DNA from: an uncultured Candidatus Rokubacteria bacterium
GTDB lineage: Bacteria; Methylomirabilota; Methylomirabilia; Rokubacteriales; DASRDR01
DNA length: 64,000 nucleotides
Assembly: GCA_963805625.1 (NCBI GenBank)
Contig: CAWDVE010000010.1
Coordinates: 960,001-1,024,000, forward strand
Reading direction: 5' to 3'
In this document: in pieces, positions 50,246 to 60,695 of the stretch
How positions within the stretch are numbered: the stretch's first letter is position 1
How the letters are laid out: the number at the start of each line of letters is the position of its first letter
Translations under genes and position numbers: made by a program
The notes under the pieces: model-generated
What the model saw: only the letters and a program-made list of their open reading frames with translations
What the model was told of the DNA's origin: nothing
Databases searched by the model: none

Positions 50246-51703
50246 ATGGCGCAGGCCGTTTACCTCCAGACGTACGGCTGCCAGATGAACGAGCGGGACT
50301 CCGAGGAGATCCTCGGCATGCTCGCGGCCCAGGGGTACGCCGTCGTCGCGCGCGAGGAGGAGGCGGACGTGATCCTTCTGAACACCTGCTCGGTTCGCGC
50401 ACACGCCGAGGAGCGAGCGTTCGGGAAGATGGGGCTCATGCAGACGCTCAAGCGCGAGCGCCCCAGCCTCGTCCTGGGCGTCCTCGGCTGCATGGCCAAG
50501 GCGCAGCGGGAAGAGATCTTCCGTCGACTCCCCCAGGTCGACCTCGTCGCGGGGCCGGCGGAGATCTACGACCTGCCGGATCTCCTGGCCGGCGTCGCCG
50601 AGCGGCGGCAGCGAGCGGCGCTCGGCTCCGGTGCCCAGGTCCTGGCCATCGACCGCAAGGTGCGGCCGCTCGACCGCCGCCCGGCGACCGACTACCGCAG
50701 GGGCCGGGTCGTCGCGTTCGTGACGATCATGGAAGGCTGCGACAAGAAGTGCGCCTACTGCATCGTGCCGACGACGCGGGGCCAGGAGGTGTCGCGCCCG
50801 GTCGACGAGATCCTCGACGAGGTCCAGCAGCTCGCGCGCGCCGGCTACCGCCAGGTAACCTTGCTGGGCCAGAACGTGAACTCCTACGGGAAGCGCTTCC
50901 CCGACGGATCCGGCTGGGTCGGGCCCGGCCGCCGGCGCGCGCTCCTTCAGCTCGAGGCGCGGGCCGACACGGACGGCGTCCCGGCCAATGGGGCGAACGA
51001 GTCCCGCTTGATCGACTTTCCCGCCCTCTTACGGGCGATCGACGGAAGGACCTCCATCGACCGCGTCCGGTTCACGACGAGTCACCCCTTCGACGCCCAC
51101 GAGGAGCTGTTCCGAGCGATGGCGGAGTGCCGCGCGGCCTGCGAGTTCCTGCACCTCCCCGTCCAGTCGGGCTCCGACCGGATCCTCCGCGCGATGCGTC
51201 GCGGCTACACGGTGGAGACCTACCTCGGGCAGATCACCCGCCTCCGCGCGCTGGTCCCGGACGTGGCGGTGTCCACGGACATCATCGTGGGCTTTCCCGG
51301 CGAGACGGAGGCCGACTTCGAGGCGACCTGCGCCCTCATGGAGCGCGTGCGCTACGACAGCGCCTTCGTCTTCAAGTACTCGCCCCGGCCTGGCACCGAG
51401 GCGGCGGACTGGCCCGACGACGTGCCCCAGCCCGACAAGGAGCGGCGCAACCAGATCGCCCTGGAGCTCCAGGCGCGCATCTCCCGCGAGAAGCTCGAGG
51501 CCTGGGTCGGCGGTGAGGTCCAAGTGCTCGTCGAGGAGCGAAATCGCCGCGGCCAGCTCGCGGGCAAGAATCGCGGCAACACGACGGTCGTCCTCGAGGG
51601 CCCCGATGCCCTCATCGGCGAGCTGGTCCCCGTCCGCGTGCTCCGTGTCACCGGTACCACGATGATCGGTGAGCTGGCGGACCGCGCCGCGCTGGCGCGG
51701 TGA
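50246..51703 (+). CDS. miaB: tRNA-2-methylthio-N6-dimethylallyladenosine synthase
   Basis: TYGCQMN..DSE, NTCSVR, GCDKKCAYCIVP, LLGQNVNSY, TRAM domain. Confidence 0.95.
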   Translation: MAQAVYLQTYGCQMNERDSEEILGMLAAQGYAVVAREEEADVILLNTCSVRAHAEERAFGKMGLMQTLKRERPSLVLGVLGCMAKAQREEIFRRLPQVDLVAGPAEIYDLPDLLAGVAERRQRAALGSGAQVLAIDRKVRPLDRRPATDYRRGRVVAFVTIMEGCDKKCAYCIVPTTRGQEVSRPVDEILDEVQQLARAGYRQVTLLGQNVNSYGKRFPDGSGWVGPGRRRALLQLEARADTDGVPANGANESRLIDFPALLRAIDGRTSIDRVRFTTSHPFDAHEELFRAMAECRAACEFLHLPVQSGSDRILRAMRRGYTVETYLGQITRLRALVPDVAVSTDIIVGFPGETEADFEATCALMERVRYDSAFVFKYSPRPGTEAADWPDDVPQPDKERRNQIALELQARISREKLEAWVGGEVQVLVEERNRRGQLAGKNRGNTTVVLEGPDALIGELVPVRVLRVTGTTMIGELADRAALAR

Positions 51704-51726
51704 TCCGGCGGCCCGGCCCCCGACAG

Positions 51727-52135
51727 GTCTCGGGATACTCCGGCAAGCCCCTCGCCTCGAAGCTCGGGATCCGTCAGGGCTCCCGAGTGCTGGTCGTCGC
51801 CGCGCGGCATGGCTATCGACGTCTTCTCGGCGAGCGTCCCGACGGCGTGCAGCTCTCCCGACGCGGCGAGGGCCCGTTCGACCTCACCTCTTCGTCACGA
51901 CGCGGGCGGCGCTCGCGACCCAGCTCCCCGCCCTCGTCAGCTGCATCACACCGGCCGCGGCGATCTGAGTATCCTGGCCCACGCGTGCCGCGAAGGTGCC
52001 GACCGACGTCACCGAGGACACCGTGCGGGGGGTCGCGCTGCCGCTCGGCGTCGTGGACGTGAAGGTCTGCGCCGTGGACGAGGTGTGGTCCGGCCTGAAG
52101 CTCGTCATCCGCGTCGCGAGCCGCCCGCGTGACGC
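51727..52135 (+). pseudogene. DUF3052-like pseudogene
   Basis: GYSGKPLASKLGI / frameshift ~51883 / in-frame TGA 51966-68 / SWP..VDVKVCAVDEVWSGLKLV. Confidence 0.75.
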
Positions 52136-52234
52136 GCCTCTGGAATCGGTGACGGCCCGGCGGCCGTTGACGCCCCTCGAGGGTGCAGCGACACTGAAGG
52201 TCGTCCGCTCATCGCGGACCAGGGGGAGACCCAC

Positions 52235-53005
52235 ATGCGACTCAAGGGCAAGATCGCGCTGATCAGCGCGGCCGCGTCCGGCATCGGGCGAGCCGCCGCA
52301 GTGCTCTTCGCGCGCGAGGGCGCGGCAGTGGCCGTGGCCGACATCGACAGGGGAAGGATCGGTGACACTGTCGGCGAGATCACGGCCGCCGGCGGACGAG
52401 CGCACGGCATCCCCTGCGATCTCACCCGGGACGCCGACAGCCGGCGAATCGTGCGCGAGACGCTGGACGCCTTCGGCGGCCTCGACATCCTGTGGAACAA
52501 TGTCGGGCATCCGGGACCGGGGCGGGTCGAGGGCATCCTCATGGATGACTACGACCTGGCGATGACGCTCAACGTGCGGAGCGTGGTCATCACGACGTCC
52601 GAGGCGATCCCGGCCCTTCGCGCGCGGGGCCGCGGGAGCATCCTGTTCACCAGCTCGATCGCCGGGATCTACGGCTCGCCGTTCAGCCCCGTCTACTCGG
52701 CGGCGAAGTTCGGCGTCACCGGCCTCACGAAGTCCCTCGCCCTTCGTCTCGCCGCGGACAACATCCGCGTCAACTGCGTGTGCCCGGCGCCGATCGACAC
52801 GCCGATGCTCGACATCTTCATGGGCCGGCCCGACGTGGAGGCGAACAAGCACGAGAACCTCGCGCGGATGAAGCAGGCGGTTCCGCTCGGGCGCGTCGGC
52901 ACGCCGATGGAGGTGGCCCAGGCCGGGCTCTTCCTCGCCTCCGACGACGCCAGCTACATCACGGGCGTGGCGCTCCCGGTCGACGGAGGATACACGGCGA
53001 GGTAG
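52235..53005 (+). CDS. SDR oxidoreductase
   Basis: SAAASGIG, NNVG, YSAAK, VDGG. Confidence 0.92.
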   Translation: MRLKGKIALISAAASGIGRAAAVLFAREGAAVAVADIDRGRIGDTVGEITAAGGRAHGIPCDLTRDADSRRIVRETLDAFGGLDILWNNVGHPGPGRVEGILMDDYDLAMTLNVRSVVITTSEAIPALRARGRGSILFTSSIAGIYGSPFSPVYSAAKFGVTGLTKSLALRLAADNIRVNCVCPAPIDTPMLDIFMGRPDVEANKHENLARMKQAVPLGRVGTPMEVAQAGLFLASDDASYITGVALPVDGGYTAR

Positions 53006-53102
53006 CCGCCCGGACCTGCCGATCCCGCGAGGGCGCCGGCGAAGCTGGCGGCCGGGGAGGGCTTGACGCTCTGCGAGGCCTTGTGGCTTGTATCGGGATC
53101 TG

Positions 53103-53645
53103 ATGCCTGGGGTCCTGTCGATGGACGCCTTCGTCGCCCGGATGAGGGAGCTCACGGCTCCCGCCGTGGACGCCGGGATGGTGCAGCGCTTTCTCGGCAC
53201 TCACCTGATCGAGCCGGCCTCCATCGAGCGCTACCTCCGCTTCGAGGGCGGCCGCTACACGCGCCATCTCGTTTTCAAGAACTCGGCGGTGGAGCTGCTC
53301 GTGCTCTGCTGGAGCCGCGGCTCTTTCGCGCCGATCCACGGCCACGAGGGTGAGCTCTGCTGGGCGCGGGTCGAGCGCGGCCGGCTACGCTTCACGAGCT
53401 ATCGGGAGCTGTCGCGGAGCCCGCTGAGCCTCGCGCCGCTCGGACACCCTGTCGAGGGCGGGCCGGGCCACGTCGACGGTCCTGCCGAGATCCATGCCGT
53501 GGAGACGATGGGCGAGGACGCCGTGACCCTTCACGTCTACGTCAGGCCGTACGAGGAGTGTGACATCTACGAACTCGCTCGCGGCGTCATCCGGCGCGTG
53601 CGGCTCGGCTACGACTCCGTCCCCGAGCACCCCGCCGCCTCCTGA
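53103..53645 (+). CDS. Cysteine dioxygenase-like cupin
   Basis: YTRHL, LCW..IHGH..CW, IHAV, TLHVY. Confidence 0.82.
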   Translation: MPGVLSMDAFVARMRELTAPAVDAGMVQRFLGTHLIEPASIERYLRFEGGRYTRHLVFKNSAVELLVLCWSRGSFAPIHGHEGELCWARVERGRLRFTSYRELSRSPLSLAPLGHPVEGGPGHVDGPAEIHAVETMGEDAVTLHVYVRPYEECDIYELARGVIRRVRLGYDSVPEHPAAS

Positions 53646-53742
53646 GCGTTCGGGTGAGAACCCGGCTGAGATCGCTGCCCCGTCACAAAGGTGCAGGAGC
53701 GGGAAGCTTCGGCTAGAGTGGGGCACGGAGAGGATCACGCGC

Positions 53743-54153
53743 ATGGCCGACCGAAAGTACCGTCAGCAAGGCTACCGAAGCCAGGGCCAGGGCGCAGACC
53801 CGCGCCGGCCAGAGCGGCCGCCCGGCGACGCCCCGCCGCGCGGCAGCATGCTCGCCCAGCGAACCGTGTCCCGGTGCGGGGCATGCGGCGTCGTCCTGCC
53901 GATCGCCACCGCGTCGCTGGAGCAGTGCCCGAGCTGTCGGGCCGCCATCCATGCCTGTCGCCAGTGCTCCCACTTCGACACGAGCCGGCGCTTCGAGTGC
54001 ACGGAGCCCATCCCCGAGCGGCTGGCGGACAAGGCCGCCCGCAACGACTGCCGGACGTTCACGCTGCGCGTCACGGTCGAGCGGAACGCCTCGCCCGACT
54101 CGACGCGCCCCAGCGACATCCGCCGCGCGTTCGACAACCTCTTCAAGAAGTAG
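53743..54153 (+). CDS. Cys-rich zinc-ribbon hypothetical protein
   Basis: CGAC, CPSC, HACRQC, C..NDC; ends AFDNLFKK. Confidence 0.75.
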   Translation: MADRKYRQQGYRSQGQGADPRRPERPPGDAPPRGSMLAQRTVSRCGACGVVLPIATASLEQCPSCRAAIHACRQCSHFDTSRRFECTEPIPERLADKAARNDCRTFTLRVTVERNASPDSTRPSDIRRAFDNLFKK

Positions 54154-54263
54154 CCGGCCGGCCCCGCGGCAAGAGCGCGCGCCCGTCCAGCGGTCGCGCC
54201 GACGGCGCTACGGTGACCCGCCATGTGATATGTTTCGCGTGGTCCCGAACTTCCTGGACGAGG

Positions 54264-55271
54264 ATGGAGCGCTTGCTACGGCGAGAGTTCATGACGCTAC
54301 TCTGCGGTACGGCCGCGGTGGATGCATTGCTGCGGCCGCTCGCCGCTTGCGCGCAGCAAGGGGAGCGCGTTCGACGCATCGGCGTGCTGATGCATCTGGC
54401 GGAAACCGATCGTGAAGGGCAGGACCGATTTGGCGCATTTCTTCATGAATTGACGCGATTGGGCTGGATTGATGGAAAGAACATGAAGCTCGACACCCGC
54501 TGGGGTGCCAACGATCCCGATCGGCGACGATACGCGGCAGAATTAGTCGCGCTGGCCCCCGACGTCATCCTTGCGTCGACCTCGCTTGCCATGGTGGCGT
54601 TGCAATCGGCGACCCACACTGTGCCTATCGTGTTCTCGAACGTGGCCGATCCGGTCGGTGCTGGGTTTGTGGGCAGCCTGGCTCAGCCGCGCGGCAATGT
54701 CACCGGCTTCACGCTGTTCGATTACACCTTCAGCGCGAAGTGGCTCGAGCTCCTCAAAGAGATCGCACCCCGCGTGAATCGCGCGGTGGTCATCCGCGAT
54801 CCAACCAGTCCTGCTGCGATCGGACAGTTTGCCGTGATCCAGAGTTCTGCCCGGTCATTCGGGATGGAAGTGAGCCCAGTCGGCGCGCGCGACGCGGCCG
54901 AGATCGAGCACGCCATCAAGACCTTCTTGCGCCCCGAACACGGCGGGATCATCGTGACGGGAAGCGCGTTTGGGGTGGCGCAGCGTGATCTGCTCGTTTC
55001 ACTCGCAGCTCGCTACCGTCTGCCCGCCGTGTACCCTTTCCGCTATTTCGTCAACGGCGGCGGCCTCGTCTCCTACGGGCCGGACACCACCGACCAGTAC
55101 AGGCAAGCGGCCGGCTATGTCGATCGCATCCTCAAGGGCGAGAAGCCGGGCAATCTTCCGGTACAAGCGTCGACCAAGTATGACTTGGTGATCAACCTCA
55201 AGACCGCTAAGGCGCTCGGCCTTGACTTGCCGCCGAAAACCCGCGCCCGGGCCGACGACGTGGTCGAGTAG
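54264..55271 (+). CDS. ABC substrate-binding protein (PF04392-like)
   Basis: RREF, DPVGAG..SLAQPRGNVTG, GGLVSYG, VINLKTAKALG. Confidence 0.9.
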   Translation: MERLLRREFMTLLCGTAAVDALLRPLAACAQQGERVRRIGVLMHLAETDREGQDRFGAFLHELTRLGWIDGKNMKLDTRWGANDPDRRRYAAELVALAPDVILASTSLAMVALQSATHTVPIVFSNVADPVGAGFVGSLAQPRGNVTGFTLFDYTFSAKWLELLKEIAPRVNRAVVIRDPTSPAAIGQFAVIQSSARSFGMEVSPVGARDAAEIEHAIKTFLRPEHGGIIVTGSAFGVAQRDLLVSLAARYRLPAVYPFRYFVNGGGLVSYGPDTTDQYRQAAGYVDRILKGEKPGNLPVQASTKYDLVINLKTAKALGLDLPPKTRARADDVVE

Positions 55272-55425
55272 CAACAGGGGTCAGGGCCCGCCACCATAGG
55301 GACCGTGATATTCGCAGTACCGGGCCAGGATCGCCCCAAAAGGACAGCCGATGGTGGGGCGGCTCGTCCCACGCTCACGCCGCCCGTCGAGGCATGCGCC
55401 CACATGACCAGGCTCGCCCGACGAC

Positions 55426-56046
55426 TTACGCCTCGCCGGCCGAAAGATGGCGCTCGATGTGCGGGGCGACGAGGTTCGCGTGGTCGCGGGCGAACATGTG
55501 GCCGGCGACCGGGAGCACGACCAGCTCGGCGCGCGGCAGTAGCCTCGCGAGGCACCGGCCGACGCCGAGGGGGCTGATCGGATCGGCGTCGCTCCACACG
55601 AGGAGCGTCGGCGCCGTCACCGACTGGAGCCTGGCCGAGAGGTCGGGCCGCTCGGTGAGGATCCACGGAGCCGCGCCGGGAAATTCCTCCGCGTAGTCAG
55701 GCCGCCAGTCCTCGGGCTCGAACGGCGAGATGTCGATCCCGGCCGACGTCGCGGTGAGGACGATGCGGCGCACGCGCTCCGGATGGGCGAGCGCGACCAG
55801 CATGGCCACGACACCGCCCATCGACTGCGCGACCAGATCGGCCGGCCCGGGGCCTGCCCGGCCCAGGACCAGCCGAGCGAGATCGTCGAGGCCATTGACG
55901 TCGGGGCGGGACGGTACGCGGCCGAGCCCCGGCCAGTCGAAGAAGGTCGTGTCCCAAGCCGCCGGCAGACGCTCGGCGACCGGGTGCCAGAAGCGCCCGC
56001 CCCCCGAGGCTCCGGGCAGGAACAGGACGCGGCGGGACGAGGTCAC
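55426..56046 (-). CDS. Alpha/beta hydrolase
   Basis: DWPGLG, AQSMGG, D-PIS, GH. Confidence 0.85.
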   Translation of the reverse strand: MTSSRRVLFLPGASGGGRFWHPVAERLPAAWDTTFFDWPGLGRVPSRPDVNGLDDLARLVLGRAGPGPADLVAQSMGGVVAMLVALAHPERVRRIVLTATSAGIDISPFEPEDWRPDYAEEFPGAAPWILTERPDLSARLQSVTAPTLLVWSDADPISPLGVGRCLARLLPRAELVVLPVAGHMFARDHANLVAPHIERHLSAGEA

Positions 56047-56094
56047 CTGAGCGTCACGTCGAGCGGACGACCCGGCCTCTGAAGGGAAGGCCGC

Positions 56095-56691
56095 TCAGTA
56101 CCCCGCGACGTACGGCAGGGCGCGGGCGGTACGCTCGATCGCGTCGCCTGCGTCCAGCAGCACGCCCATCGAGTTCCAGCCGCCGCTGACGAGCTGGTGG
56201 CGGGCGCCGTCAGGGATGCCGGCCTGGATCACCCGGCCGTTGAACCGGACCTCGCGGCGCTCGACGTCAACCTCGATCGGCCGGTCAGGGTGTTTCTCGA
56301 CCTCGCGGAGCAGCCACTCGATCTCGGCCGGCTCGGCGGTCAGGCACGGGATCCCGAGCACCGTGCAGTTCCCGAAGAAGATCTCGCCGAACGAGCCGCC
56401 CACGACCGCGCCGACGCCCCAGTCCCGGAGCGCCTGGGGCGCGTGCTCCCGCGACGAACCGCAGCCGAAGTTCTGGCCGGTGATCAGGACGGACGCGCCC
56501 TGGAACTGCGGCCGGTTGAACGGGTGCTCGGGCACGGCCTTTCGCTCGTCGCCGAAGACGTGCTCGCCGAGGCCGGCGAAGGTCACGCTCTTCAGGTACC
56601 TGGCCGGGATGATCCGGTCGGTGTCGATGTCGTTGCCGGGAAGCGGGATCCCCCGCCCCACGATCTGCCGTCTGGCGTGCGCCGTGCTCAC
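56095..56691 (-). CDS. leuD: 3-isopropylmalate dehydratase small subunit (or paralog)
   Basis: IDTDRIIP, NFGCGSSREHA, FGEIF..N. Confidence 0.9.
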   Translation of the reverse strand: MSTAHARRQIVGRGIPLPGNDIDTDRIIPARYLKSVTFAGLGEHVFGDERKAVPEHPFNRPQFQGASVLITGQNFGCGSSREHAPQALRDWGVGAVVGGSFGEIFFGNCTVLGIPCLTAEPAEIEWLLREVEKHPDRPIEVDVERREVRFNGRVIQAGIPDGARHQLVSGGWNSMGVLLDAGDAIERTARALPYVAGY

Positions 56692-56746
56692 TGGGTCACC
56701 CTCCCTCTGCGCCGAAACTTGACCGGACGGCCTTCGGCCTGTGGAC

Positions 56747-58150
56747 TCATCCGAGCATCTCCCTCACGTCGGTGACGGCCCCCGCGATGGCGGCAGCCGC
56801 GACCATGGCCGGGCTCATGAGGAGGGTCCGACCCGTCGGGCTCCCCTGCCGGCCCTTGAAGTTCCGGTTGGAGGATGAGGCGCTAACCTCGCGTCCCTGC
56901 AGCTTGTCCTCGTTCATGCCGAGACACATCGAGCAGCCGGCCTTTCGCCACTGGAAGCCGGCTTCCTGGAAGATCTCGTGGAGCCCCTCGGCCTCGGCGG
57001 CTCGCGCGACCTCCTGGGACCCAGGGACGATGAGCGCCCGGACGCCCCGGGCGACCTTCCGCCCGCGGGCGACCTCGGCGGCGACCCGGAGGTCGGACAG
57101 CCGCCCGTTGGTGCAGGATCCGACGAATGCCACGTCGATTTTCGTGCCCGCGATCGGCTGACCGGCCTGGAAGCCCATGAACTGCAGAGCCTCGTGCCAG
57201 GTCGACCGGTCGTCCGCGGGCGCCTCGCGGGGATCCGGGATGCGCTCGGCGACACCGACCGACTGGCCAGGATTGATGCCCCAGGTGACCACCGGCTGGA
57301 TCGCGGCGCCGTCGATCCGGGCGATGTCGTCGAAGGGCGCACCCGGGTCGGTCGCCACGCTCTTCCACCACGACACCGCCCGGTCGAACCCCGCCCCCTG
57401 CGGCGCATAGGGCCGGCCGCGGAGGTAGTCGAAGGTCGTCTGATCGGGATTGATGTAGCCGAAGCGCGCGCCGCCCTCGATCGACATGTTGCAGACGGTG
57501 AGACGCTCCTCCATCGTCATCCGCTCGATCGCCGGGCCCGCGTACTCGTAGGCATAGCCCACTCCGCCCTTGACGCCCAGCACGTGGATGATCCAGAGGG
57601 TCACGTCCTTGGCGTAGACGCCCGGGGCGAGGCTGCCGTCGACGCGGACCTGACGGATCCGCGGCTTCGCCATCGCGAGGCACTGCGTCCCCAGGACGTC
57701 ACGGACCTGGGTCGTCCCGATCCCGAACGCGATGGCCCCGACGGCGCCATGGGTGGAGGTGTGACTGTCGCCGCACGCGATCGTCATCCCGGGCTGGGTC
57801 AGACCCAGCTCGGGGCCGATCACGTGGACGATCCCCTGACGGCCGCTGTCGAGGTCGAAGAAGGCGACGCCGGAGGCCTTCGTGTTGCGGACGAGATGGA
57901 CCGTCATCTCCTCGGCCAGCTCGTCCGCGAAGGGGCGCTGCTGGCCTTTGGTCGGAATGATGTGGTCGATCGTGGCGAACGTGCGCTCGGGCATCCGCAC
58001 CCGGAGGCCCGCTTCCTTGAGCATCTGGTAGGCCTGCGGGCTCGTCACCTCGTGGACGAGGTGGAGGCCGATCAGGAGCTGGGTCTGCCCGGAGGGCAGC
58101 GTCCGCACCGTATGTGCTTCCCACACCTTGTCGAGCAGCGTGCGCGCCAT
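56747..58150 (-). CDS. leuC: 3-isopropylmalate dehydratase large subunit (or paralog)
   Basis: [39 protein letters not shown]. Confidence 0.93.
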   Translation of the reverse strand: MARTLLDKVWEAHTVRTLPSGQTQLLIGLHLVHEVTSPQAYQMLKEAGLRVRMPERTFATIDHIIPTKGQQRPFADELAEEMTVHLVRNTKASGVAFFDLDSGRQGIVHVIGPELGLTQPGMTIACGDSHTSTHGAVGAIAFGIGTTQVRDVLGTQCLAMAKPRIRQVRVDGSLAPGVYAKDVTLWIIHVLGVKGGVGYAYEYAGPAIERMTMEERLTVCNMSIEGGARFGYINPDQTTFDYLRGRPYAPQGAGFDRAVSWWKSVATDPGAPFDDIARIDGAAIQPVVTWGINPGQSVGVAERIPDPREAPADDRSTWHEALQFMGFQAGQPIAGTKIDVAFVGSCTNGRLSDLRVAAEVARGRKVARGVRALIVPGSQEVARAAEAEGLHEIFQEAGFQWRKAGCSMCLGMNEDKLQGREVSASSSNRNFKGRQGSPTGRTLLMSPAMVAAAAIAGAVTDVREMLG

Positions 58151-58274
58151 GAAGGACTCCTCTTCCTCGTACGGGAGGCTCGCCCGGTTGCCGGGACGGC
58201 GGCCGATGAGCCTCGCGAAGAGTATCGTGCTCTATCTATATTGTGTAGTCCAGTGAAACATTGTGAATCCAATG

Positions 58275-58289
58275 TTAAGATTTGCTTAA
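58275..58289. promoter_or_regulatory. Putative LysR box
   Basis: TTAAG-N5-CTTAA dyad containing T-N11-A, in the AT-rich divergent leuC/LysR region. Confidence 0.65.
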
Positions 58290-59209
58290 TGATCAATGCC
58301 GCCCTCTTTCCCGCCCTCGAAACCTTGCTGGCCGTGATCCGCACGGGCTCGGTGGCGGGGGCGGCACGCCAGCGCCACATCACCTCATCGGCGGTGAGCC
58401 AGCAGATTCGGCGGCTCGAGACTCACTTCGGCATCAAGTTCTTGGAGCGCGCCGGCCGCGGCGTCCGCCTGAGCGCCACGGGCGAGGCGGCGCTCCCCGT
58501 CGTGCGAGAGCTCTGGATCGGGGCCGAGGCTGCGTTCGCACAGCTCGCCGAGCTGGCCGGCCACCCCACCACCACGCTCCGCATGGCGGCCAGCGATTAC
58601 CTCGGCAGGGCACTGCTGGCGCCGGTGCTCCGGGACTTGCTGGACCAGGAGCCGTCCGTGCGCTTCGAGATCGTCACCACCCACTCACGCGAGGGGGTTC
58701 GTCTGGTTGCGCGCGGCGACATTGATCTCGCCGTGGTCACGGGGCAGGACACCCCGCGGGGTCTCGAGGACCGCCACCTGTTCGACCAACCCTTCGTCTG
58801 GGTCGGCCCGCGGCGCCAGCGTGGGCAACGGGCGCCGCTGACTGAACGGCTGCGTCGCGAGCCAATCCTGCGCCTGGCCGCCGAAAGCCGCGGCCGCGCG
58901 CTGCTCGACCAGTATCTCGCCGACGCTCGGATCCGCCCGGTGTCGACCATCGACGTGCCGAGCGTGTCGCTGCTGCTCTCCTATGTCTCGGGGGGGCTCG
59001 GCATCGGGCTGGTGCCGGCCCTGGCGCTCAGCGAGGCGCCTGCGGATCGCACCGTCAGCGCACCCGCGCGAGTGCCAACGCTACCCGTCACCCTGGTCTG
59101 GCGCCCCGCCGCCCACCGCCAACCTGCCCTGGCCCGTCTGGCCGCCCTTCTCACGACCGCCGGAGCTCGGGCGGGCGCGCGGCTCGCCCGTGTACGACGT
59201 GCCCCGTAA
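58289..59209 (+). CDS. LysR family regulator
   Basis: GSVAGAA..TSSAVSQQIRRLE..G..ER.GR. Confidence 0.92.
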   Translation: MINAALFPALETLLAVIRTGSVAGAARQRHITSSAVSQQIRRLETHFGIKFLERAGRGVRLSATGEAALPVVRELWIGAEAAFAQLAELAGHPTTTLRMAASDYLGRALLAPVLRDLLDQEPSVRFEIVTTHSREGVRLVARGDIDLAVVTGQDTPRGLEDRHLFDQPFVWVGPRRQRGQRAPLTERLRREPILRLAAESRGRALLDQYLADARIRPVSTIDVPSVSLLLSYVSGGLGIGLVPALALSEAPADRTVSAPARVPTLPVTLVWRPAAHRQPALARLAALLTTAGARAGARLARVRRAP

Positions 59210-59521
59210 GCGTGCGGGGGCCTGCGGCTTGTCACCTCGTAGACCAGGTGAGGACCGATGCGGAGCTACGTCTGCCAGGACGGCGGCGCCCGGACGGTGC
59301 CAGAGCCTGGAACCTACACCAACCCCCGAAAGAGCACTCTGACTTCCAGGACGCTTCAGGAAGCGACGCAGTCGCCAATGACAACTCGTTCTCGGAGGCG
59401 CGGGTCGAGACCCTGAAGAACCGGCAATCCACCCACGCCGACTTCATAAGAAAACGGTCCTGGTTGGCGATGGAAACCTGAGCTATGCTCAGGCGCCGCG
59501 ATCTCGACCTAGAAGGAGAGT

Positions 59522-60532
59522 GTGAGGGCTTCACTGCTCGTCCTCGTGGTGATGGTCGGCCTTCTCGCGGCCCCGCTTGCTGTCGAGGCGCAGCAGGCCG
59601 TGAAGGTGTGGAAGATCGCGTTCCTCGGCAGCTCCCTTTCCGTTGCCTCTCCATTCATTCAGGCATTCCAACAGGGGCTTCGCGAGCTCGGCTACGTGGA
59701 AGGCCAGAACATCGCGATCGAGCGCCGATCCTCCGAGGGAATGACCGAGCGGCTCCCCGACCTCGCGGCCGATCTGGTCCGCCTCAAGGTTGACGTCATT
59801 GTCGTCGACACCTGCGGAGCACCGATCAACGCCGCCAGTCAAGCAACCAAGACGATCCCCATCGTCGTGGCGGCCTGCAACGATGACCTCGTTGCGACCG
59901 GGCTCATCTCCAGCCTTGCTCGACCGGGAGGCAACATCACGGGGCTGTCCGAGCTAACGCCGGAGCTCGGGGCCAAACGTCTCGAGCTGCTGAAAGGGGT
60001 CGCCCCCAAGGTGAGGCGGGTGGCGGTCCTTTGGAATCCAACCTCTTCCGAGCGGTTCAGCGCCAATTTCCGCTTCTGGTCCTCCGATTGGGTCGAGGTG
60101 CGAGGCGCGGCCCAGGTGTTGGGCCTGACACTTCAATCCGTGGAGATCCGAGGCCCCGACGACTTCGATACGGCGTTCTCAGCCATGACCCGCGAGCGCG
60201 CCGACGCGCTGATTGCGTTTTCCGATCCTTCAATCGTCTTACACGGAAGACGGATCGCCGACCTCGCGGCAAAGAGCCGCCTGCCGGCCGTCTACGCATC
60301 CAGAGAGGTTGTGGATGCGGGAGGCCTAATGTCCTACGGGCCGAGCGTCTCGGACATGTTCCGGGGTGCCGCCGTTTATGTCGGCAAGATCCTGAAAGGG
60401 GCCAAGCCCGCCGATCTCCCGATGGAGCAGCCCACGAAGTTCGAGCTGGTCATCAACCTCAAGACCGCGAAGACCCTCGGACTCACGATTCCCCAGTCGC
60501 TCCTTGGCCGGGCGGATGAGGTGATCCGGTGA
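59522..60532 (+). CDS. ABC substrate-binding protein (PF04392-like)
   Basis: GLRELGYVEGQN, SLARPGGNITG, GGLMSYG, VINLKTAK; AAGGAG RBS. Confidence 0.92.
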   Translation: MRASLLVLVVMVGLLAAPLAVEAQQAVKVWKIAFLGSSLSVASPFIQAFQQGLRELGYVEGQNIAIERRSSEGMTERLPDLAADLVRLKVDVIVVDTCGAPINAASQATKTIPIVVAACNDDLVATGLISSLARPGGNITGLSELTPELGAKRLELLKGVAPKVRRVAVLWNPTSSERFSANFRFWSSDWVEVRGAAQVLGLTLQSVEIRGPDDFDTAFSAMTRERADALIAFSDPSIVLHGRRIADLAAKSRLPAVYASREVVDAGGLMSYGPSVSDMFRGAAVYVGKILKGAKPADLPMEQPTKFELVINLKTAKTLGLTIPQSLLGRADEVIR

Positions 60533-60608
60533 GGCCTTGGCGCCCGAATCATCATCTCCACGGAGACCGCACGCGCTTGTCGCCGCATCCCAGCGGCGTC
60601 CCACGGGC

Positions 60609-60695
60609 GACGAGCCGACCTGGGTCCTCGACCCCGAGATGCTCCATGAGGTGCTGGAGGTGATGACCGACGTGGCCGAGGAGGGTGTCCGATGA
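60609..60695 (+). pseudogene. Relic of polar amino acid ABC ATPase (GlnQ-like Walker B/D-loop)
   Basis: Translates DEPTWVLDPEMLHEVLEVMTDVAEEG, compared with family DEPTSALDPEM..EVL.VM..LA.EG. Confidence 0.75.

Noticed and set aside
51966-51968. In-frame TGA in the DUF3052-like gene as selenocysteine or recoding
   Set aside because: The position fits Trp (TGG to TGA) and the gene also has a frameshift; simple decay is more likely
59232-59480. Minus-strand ORF in the lower-GC gap after LysR
   Set aside because: No recognisable motif or credible start; may be a relic but cannot be supported
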